Shown here one piece after another: positions 58,461-64,000 of a stretch of 64,000 nt of DNA. The stretch lies in the NCBI GenBank assembly GCA_964598335.1, contig CAZRBL010000001.1, forward strand, positions 105,291-169,290. Reading direction: 5' to 3'. Below the pieces are notes generated by a model. It saw only the letters and a program-made list of their open reading frames with translations. It was not told the origin of the DNA and did not search any database. Both the position numbers and the translations under genes were made by a program. How positions within the stretch are numbered: the stretch's first letter is position 1; each line of letters starts with the position of its first letter. This stretch comes from an uncultured Rhodospirillales bacterium. Lineage in GTDB: Bacteria; Pseudomonadota; Alphaproteobacteria; CAZRBL01.

Positions 58461-59498
58461 ATGTATGAAGACTTTTACCATTTCGACGGCAATCCATTTC
58501 AGCTCACGCCCGATGAGCGATTCTTCTTTGCCTCGGACTCGCATCAGAAGGCGATCTCCTATCTCGATTTCGGGATTTCACAGGGCGAAGGCTTTGTCGT
58601 TATCACCGGCGATGTCGGCGCCGGTAAATCCTCGCTGCTCAGCCATTATTTCCCGCGGCTCGATCGTAACAAGGTCGTCGCCAGCAAGATCGTCACCACC
58701 CAGGTCGACCCGACCGATGCGATCCGTCTGGCGCTGACCGGCTTCGGCGTTGCCGCCAAGGGCACGGACAAGGCCGCGGTATTGTCGGCCTTCCGCGGCT
58801 TTTTGCTGAAGCAGCACAAGGCCAGGCGACGCGTTTTGCTGATCGTCGACGAGGCGCAGAACCTGCCGCGCGCGACGCTCGAAGAGCTGCGCATGCTGTC
58901 TAATCTGGAAAAGGACGGCCAGGCGCTTTTCCAATGCTTTCTGTTGGCGCAGCCGCAATTCATGGCGGTGCTGGCGGACCCGAATATGGAACAGCTGCGC
59001 CAGCGGGTCATTGCGTCCTTCCACCTCGGCCCGATGACCGGTGAGGATACGCGGCTTTATATCGAACACCGCCTGCGCCTGGTCGGCTGGCGCGGCAATC
59101 CGCTGATCACCGAAGAAGCCTATGATGCGATCCATAGCGCTACTGACGGCATCCCGCGGCGGATCAATACGCTGTGCGGCCGGGTGCTGCTGCTCGGCGC
59201 TCTGGACAGGCTGAATACCATCGACAAGGACAAGGTCGACGAAGTTGTCGCCGATCTGGCCAGTGAAGTCACCGAGATGGCCAAGCAGGGCGATAACGCC
59301 GTTGCCGCGCTGGATGATCAGGGCGCGTCGATAGCCGGCACGGCCGAATTGATCCCGCATCTCGAAAGACTGGCCAAGGCAAGCGAAGCGCAATCACGAC
59401 TTCTCAAGCGTATCGCCGATGCACTCGACGCCATGGCGCCGGAAAAGGCGGCGCCGTCCTCGAAGTCAGCCTCCGGATCGCGCGCTGCGAAAGGTTAG
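58461..59498 (+). CDS. ExeA-like AAA ATPase, XrtA-locus type
   Basis: Walker A GDVGAGKS. Walker B LLIVDEAQ. 345 aa. Confidence 0.8.
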   Translation: MYEDFYHFDGNPFQLTPDERFFFASDSHQKAISYLDFGISQGEGFVVITGDVGAGKSSLLSHYFPRLDRNKVVASKIVTTQVDPTDAIRLALTGFGVAAKGTDKAAVLSAFRGFLLKQHKARRRVLLIVDEAQNLPRATLEELRMLSNLEKDGQALFQCFLLAQPQFMAVLADPNMEQLRQRVIASFHLGPMTGEDTRLYIEHRLRLVGWRGNPLITEEAYDAIHSATDGIPRRINTLCGRVLLLGALDRLNTIDKDKVDEVVADLASEVTEMAKQGDNAVAALDDQGASIAGTAELIPHLERLAKASEAQSRLLKRIADALDAMAPEKAAPSSKSASGSRAAKG

Positions 59499-59503
59499 GG
59501 GCG

Positions 59504-60379
59504 ATGGCTGAGGGGAAAGCGACCATCCGCAATGCGATGACCGTCGATGTCGAGGACTATTTCCAGGTCTATGCCTTTCACAAGGTCGTCGACCGCAAGG
59601 ACTGGCCGCATTTCCCGGCCCGTGTCCAGGCCAATACCGAAACGGTCCTCGACATGTTCGAGCAGGCCGGTATCAAGGCGACCTTCTTCACCCTCGGCAT
59701 GATCGCCGAGCAGTATCCGGCGTTGATGCGGCGGATTGTCGGTGCCGGCCATGAGCTCGCCAGCCATGGCTGGGCGCATTATCATGTCTTTGAACATGAC
59801 CGCAGCGATTTTTTTCACGATATCACGCGGACAAAAAAGACTCTCGAAGATATCGGCGGTGCGCCGGTACACGGCTATCGGGCAGCCAGTTTCTCGATCA
59901 ACGCCAAGACCTGGTGGGCTTATGACGCGCTGGTTGAAGCGGGCTACACCTACAGCTCCAGCGTCAATCCGATCCGCCATGATCACTATGGCGTGCCGGG
60001 CGGTCCGCGCGCGCCCTTCCGACCGGGCGATCTGCCGATTGCCGAAATCCCTGTCTCGACCACCGAGCTGATGGGGCGCCGTATCGCCTCGGGCGGCGGC
60101 GGCTATTTCCGGCTTCTGCCTTATGACTGGTTCCGTTGGAACATCCGGCGGCTCAATCATGAGGAAGGACGCAGCGGCATCTTCTATTTCCACCCCTGGG
60201 AAATCGATCCGGGTCAGCCGCGGATACCGCGCGCGCCGGCCAGGGCCCGTTTCCGGCATTATGTCAATCTCGACAAGATGGCCGGCAAGCTGCGACGGCT
60301 GCTGAAGGATTTCGCCTGGGACCGCGTTGATGCCGTATTTCCGACCAGCGCCGAGGGCCTGCCGGTATGGCAACCCTGA
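59504..60379 (+). CDS. Polysaccharide deacetylase (NodB-family, XrtA-locus type)
   Basis: TVDVEDYF N-terminal motif and HGWAH motif of the NodB fold. 291 aa. Confidence 0.85.
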   Translation: MAEGKATIRNAMTVDVEDYFQVYAFHKVVDRKDWPHFPARVQANTETVLDMFEQAGIKATFFTLGMIAEQYPALMRRIVGAGHELASHGWAHYHVFEHDRSDFFHDITRTKKTLEDIGGAPVHGYRAASFSINAKTWWAYDALVEAGYTYSSSVNPIRHDHYGVPGGPRAPFRPGDLPIAEIPVSTTELMGRRIASGGGGYFRLLPYDWFRWNIRRLNHEEGRSGIFYFHPWEIDPGQPRIPRAPARARFRHYVNLDKMAGKLRRLLKDFAWDRVDAVFPTSAEGLPVWQP

Positions 60380-61422
60380 CCGCGGTTTCGGTCGAAGAGC
60401 TTACCGACCGCCATCGGGATGCCTGCGAGGCTTATGTCCTGAACCATCCGCAGGCGACTTTCTTCCACCGTCCGGGCTGGCGGCAAGTCATCGCCGATGC
60501 CTATGGCTATCGCTGTTTTTACCGGATTGCGCTGCGCTCGGGCGCCATTGTCGGCGTGCTGCCGCTGGTCCATGTCAAGACGCTGTTTTTCGGTAATGCA
60601 CTGATTTCGAACGGGTTTTGCGTTTATGGCGGAATCGTTGCCGATGATGCGGCAGCCACCGCGGCCTTGGCCCGGAATGCCGAGGATCTCGGCACCGAGC
60701 TCGGCGTCGATCACATCGAGCTGCGCCATCTTGACCCGCCCGATGGTCTGCCGTCTGACTGGGCGGTACGCGACAGCCTGCATGCGACCTTCCGCAAGGA
60801 AATGCAGGACAGTGAGGAAGCCAATCTGAAGGCTATTCCACGCAAGAAGCGCGCTGATGTCCGCAAGGGGCTGAAAAATCCCGATCTTCGGGTAGAGACC
60901 GATATCCCGGTTGACCGCTTTTTCAGGATCTATGCGATCAGTGTGCGCAATCACGGCACGCCGGTTTTTCCCAAGGGCTTTTTCAGCGCCGTCAAACGGC
61001 ACTTCCCCGACGATGTCGAGCTGTCCTGCGTGAGCGGTCCCGACGGCCCGGTGGCGGCGCTGATGACCTATTTCTTTCGCGATCAGGTGATGCCGTATTA
61101 TGGCGGCGCCTTGCCCTTGGCGCGGCGGCTGCATGCCTTTGATCTGATGTATTTCCGGCTGATGGGACGGGCGTTGGATCGCGGTGCGCGGATTTTCGAT
61201 TTCGGCCGCAGCAAGCAGGGTAGCGGCGGTTATGATTTCAAGACCTATTGGGGTTTCGAGGCGCAGCCCCTGCCTTATGCTTTCCGTCTGATCGGTGCCG
61301 ATCGCCTGCCCGAGATCAATCCGAACAATCCGAAATACAAATTGATGATTGATGTTTGGCGGCGCTTGCCGATGCCGCTTGCCAACACGCTCGGACCCAT
61401 GATTGCACGGCAGCTGGGCTAG
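60367..61422 (+). CDS. FemAB-family protein, PEP-CTERM-system associated
   Basis: FemAB/GNAT-like architecture. C-terminal YGGALPL...FDFGRS...GGYDFK segment. 351 aa. Overlaps the deacetylase by 13 nt. Confidence 0.8.
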   Translation: MATLTAVSVEELTDRHRDACEAYVLNHPQATFFHRPGWRQVIADAYGYRCFYRIALRSGAIVGVLPLVHVKTLFFGNALISNGFCVYGGIVADDAAATAALARNAEDLGTELGVDHIELRHLDPPDGLPSDWAVRDSLHATFRKEMQDSEEANLKAIPRKKRADVRKGLKNPDLRVETDIPVDRFFRIYAISVRNHGTPVFPKGFFSAVKRHFPDDVELSCVSGPDGPVAALMTYFFRDQVMPYYGGALPLARRLHAFDLMYFRLMGRALDRGARIFDFGRSKQGSGGYDFKTYWGFEAQPLPYAFRLIGADRLPEINPNNPKYKLMIDVWRRLPMPLANTLGPMIARQLG

Positions 61423-61426
61423 CGCG

Positions 61427-62656
61427 GTGGACTTATTGTATCTCGCGCACCGCATCCCCTATCCGCCGGATAAGGGGGACAAGATCCGCAGCTGGAATCA
61501 GCTTGCCTTTCTGGCGGAACGGGCGCGGGTGCATCTCGGCTGTTTCGTTGATGATCCGGCGGATATGCAGCACCTTGGCTATCTCGAAGAGATCTGCGCC
61601 GAGGTAAAGGCTCTCCCGCTCAACCCGACAAGGGCGCGGTTTTTCGCCCTGCGCGGCCTGCTTACGGGACAACCGCTGACGCTGCCCTATTATGCCGATG
61701 CGGAAATGGCCGAATGGGTGCGCACTGTTCTGCAAGAGCACCCGATTGCAGCTCAGGTAGTGTTTTCCGGCGCGATGGCGCAATTCGTCGACTGGCAGGG
61801 GCCACGCCCGGTCTTTCTCGACCTGGTCGATGTCGATTCCGATAAATGGACGCAATATGCCGATGGGCGTTCCGGGCCCGCAGCCTGGATCTATCGACGT
61901 GAAGGCAGGCGCCTCGCCGAGGTGGAAGCGGATTTCGCCGCGCGTGCCGACGTCACCGCTCTGGTCAGCGAACCGGAAGCGGCCCTGTTCCGGGCCCGGG
62001 CCGGCCTTGCCGAAGACCGAGTGATCGCGCTCGGCAACGGCGTCGACACTGACTGGTTCGCGCCCGATGCGCCCGGACCGGATGAGGCGATGGCGCCCCG
62101 GTCGCTGGTCTTTACCGGCGCGATGGATTACTGGCCGAATGTTGATGCGGCGCTGTGGTTTGCTGCCGATATCCTGCCGCTCATCCGGCAAAGCGTACCC
62201 GATGCGCATTTCTATATCGTCGGCGGGAACCCGGATCCACGGCTCTCGGCGCTTGCTGCCGATCCGGCTGTCACCGTAACCGGACGGGTGCCGGAAACCC
62301 GCCGATATATCGCCGCTGCGACGGTCTCGGTGGCTCCCTTGCGCATTGCCCGGGGGATCCAGAACAAGGTTCTGGAGGCCATGGCGTGCCGTCGCGCCGT
62401 CGTCGCCACACCGCAGGCTTTCGAGGGGATCGAGGCCGAGCCGGGCGTTCACCTTGTCGTAGCCGATGGGGCGCGGGAGACTGCCGAGGCGGTGATCGCG
62501 CTATTTGGCGATGCCGAAAGACGGGAAAAGCTGGGCGATGCGGCGCGCCGGCTGGTGCAGGCGCGCTATCGCTGGGCCGCGCGGCTGGAGCCGCTGGCGC
62601 GGGCCCTCAACCTGGCGCCGGGCAACGCCCCGTCGGCGACGACGGCTGCAAGCTGA
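61427..62656 (+). CDS. Glycosyltransferase family 4 (stp1-type sugar transferase of XrtA loci)
   Basis: A GTG at 61427 gives the family-typical N-terminus (VDLLYLAHRIPYPPDKGDKIRS). The track ORF begins 8 codons upstream at a TTG. GT4 C-terminal domain. Confidence 0.8.
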   Translation: MDLLYLAHRIPYPPDKGDKIRSWNQLAFLAERARVHLGCFVDDPADMQHLGYLEEICAEVKALPLNPTRARFFALRGLLTGQPLTLPYYADAEMAEWVRTVLQEHPIAAQVVFSGAMAQFVDWQGPRPVFLDLVDVDSDKWTQYADGRSGPAAWIYRREGRRLAEVEADFAARADVTALVSEPEAALFRARAGLAEDRVIALGNGVDTDWFAPDAPGPDEAMAPRSLVFTGAMDYWPNVDAALWFAADILPLIRQSVPDAHFYIVGGNPDPRLSALAADPAVTVTGRVPETRRYIAAATVSVAPLRIARGIQNKVLEAMACRRAVVATPQAFEGIEAEPGVHLVVADGARETAEAVIALFGDAERREKLGDAARRLVQARYRWAARLEPLARALNLAPGNAPSATTAAS

Positions 62657-64000
62657 CTGACCAGCGGCTCTGACGCCAGCCATCCGGTCGCCAGAGATGC
62701 GGCCAATCGGTCACGATTTCCTGCCACGCTCCCGGAAAATCCACCGGCGGGTCGACGAATACATACAGACAGCTCTCGGCCCTGAAATCCGCCGGTTGTT
62801 GCGGCGCATTCGGGCGATCAAGGGCACTGGCGAAGCTGGTCGGGAAGGCAGCAAGCAGATTGGCGGCAGTAAACCGGTCATCGCTGATGATCATGCCCTG
62901 GCTGAATCCCGCCCGTTCGATCCCTGCGATGAGGCCGTCATAGGGGATCAGCGGTCGGCAGGCGCCGCAGAGCGGCTCGGCGATGAGATTGGCCGTCAGA
63001 CGCCCTGCCGCCATGGCGCCGATAGCAAGGATCAGCACGATGCCGAAGCGGCGCAGCTGTGCATCCGTCATATCAGCGCGCTGCAGCCGCCCAAGCAGCC
63101 ATATCGGCAGCAGCAGCAAAAAGGGATGCAGCCAGCGGGCGCGGATTTGCTCGACCCCCAGAAACAGCACACCAAGCGCCAGCAAAGCGAGGCCGACAAG
63201 ACAGGCATCGCGGCACAGTTTTTCGCCTTCGCTTATCGGCTCCGAGCGGATCGAGCGCAGCAGCGCCGGACAGGCAATAAGTGTCAGAATCAGGAACGGG
63301 CTGACGAAGCCGAGCGCCGCGAGCGCAGCGCCGAGCATCGCGGTCAGCCGGTTGGAGACGGGGGCGTCGGCGCCGACCGTGCCGGTGAAAACTGCCGCGA
63401 GATCGCCCTGCATCCCGAGCAGCCATAGCCCGTATGGCGCGACAATGAGTGCGGCAATACAGGCAGACAGCATCACGCCGGGGTGAAGCATGACGCGGCG
63501 CCATGTCGGTTGCAGGGCCGAGGCGCCGACCAGGCAGGCGACAAAGGCGATGAAGCCGAATTTGGACAGCAACCCGGCGCCCAGCGCCAGGCCCAACAGC
63601 GCATAGCCTGTCAGGCGGCGACGGCGGCGTAGGTCAGCCCAGATCGTTGCCGTCAGCACGCAACAAAGGGTCAGCGCCAGCGTGTGGGTGACACCTTCAT
63701 GCAGGTTCCAGCCGATTTGCCAAAGGCTCAGCAGCGACAGGCCGGCGAGGATGCCGAACAGGCGCGAGCCAAGCAATTGCATGGCCAGCCGCCCGTAAAG
63801 CAGAACGATGCCGGTCAGCAGAGCATATTTGAGGACAAGGTGGCTGATCAGACCCGGACCGACGGCGGTTTGAACCGCCGCCAGCAGCCATGTGTACAAT
63901 GGCGGTTGGCGCAGCTCATAGCCCCACGCCCACAGCTGTGCGTTGAGCTGTTCGAGCTCGGCGTCAACCGCGATTGACGGCGCCGTCAGCAGCCGAATCG
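62607..64000 (-). CDS. Polytopic membrane glycosyltransferase, GT39/GT83 (ArnT/PMT)-like; 5' end beyond window
   Basis: The frame stays open upstream of the track's TTG start to the window edge (...AQLWAWGYELRQPPLYTWLLA..., matching the family's N-terminal KPPL-YW region). Multi-TM body. The 3' end overlaps the convergent GT4 gene by 50 nt. Confidence 0.6.
   Translation of the reverse strand, partial: IRLLTAPSIAVDAELEQLNAQLWAWGYELRQPPLYTWLLAAVQTAVGPGLISHLVLKYALLTGIVLLYGRLAMQLLGSRLFGILAGLSLLSLWQIGWNLHEGVTHTLALTLCCVLTATIWADLRRRRRLTGYALLGLALGAGLLSKFGFIAFVACLVGASALQPTWRRVMLHPGVMLSACIAALIVAPYGLWLLGMQGDLAAVFTGTVGADAPVSNRLTAMLGAALAALGFVSPFLILTLIACPALLRSIRSEPISEGEKLCRDACLVGLALLALGVLFLGVEQIRARWLHPFLLLLPIWLLGRLQRADMTDAQLRRFGIVLILAIGAMAAGRLTANLIAEPLCGACRPLIPYDGLIAGIERAGFSQGMIISDDRFTAANLLAAFPTSFASALDRPNAPQQPADFRAESCLYVFVDPPVDFPGAWQEIVTDWPHLWRPDGWRQSRWSVSLQPSSPTGRCPAPG

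Noticed and set aside
1-64000. CRISPR arrays, rRNA, tRNA, integrase / transposase genes
   Set aside because: No regularly spaced direct repeats. No tRNA-like T-arm/acceptor patterns apart from the tmRNA. No recombinase-like ORFs. The AT-rich islet carries a single cargo gene only.

Overview
High-GC (~65%) chromosomal DNA, most likely alphaproteobacterial. The lineage call rests on a circularly permuted two-piece tmRNA, an SspB-alpha-type adaptor, the hisC-tyrC arrangement and a PEP-CTERM/XrtA locus. The first ~35 kb is mixed housekeeping and accessory metabolism. It holds two TonB-dependent receptors, a fatty-acyl-AMP ligase / SDR / ferredoxin-reductase cluster, msrB, sspB, ssrA, tyrC-hisC-chorismate mutase, a fused metX-metW, sdhB, and an aldehyde dehydrogenase with a hyuA/hyuB hydantoinase pair. 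The last ~29 kb (35.2-64.0 kb) is a nearly complete exosortase A (XrtA/EpsH) exopolysaccharide locus. It carries the prsK / prsR / prsT-like regulatory module, with sodB sitting between prsK and prsR. It also carries xrtA, several GT4 glycosyltransferases, a WbaP-like priming transferase, a Wza-like exporter, a PCP/Wzc-like pair, an ExeA-like ATPase, a deacetylase, a FemAB-like protein and a GT39/83-like transferase. Things the ORF track does not show: (i) an ssrA (tmRNA) gene with tag ANDNYAEARLAA, its promoter and terminator, lying directly upstream of sspB; (ii) a ~1.4 kb AT-rich islet carrying a single KAP-family P-loop NTPase, flanked by a bidirectional terminator and a nested-inverted-repeat element, which I treat as a candidate PifA-like defence gene; (iii) a family of GC-rich palindromic intergenic repeats; (iv) a possible SAM-II-like leader upstream of metXW. 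Many long ORFs in the track are antisense shadows of real genes in high-GC DNA and are rejected. No rRNA, tRNA or CRISPR array was found.
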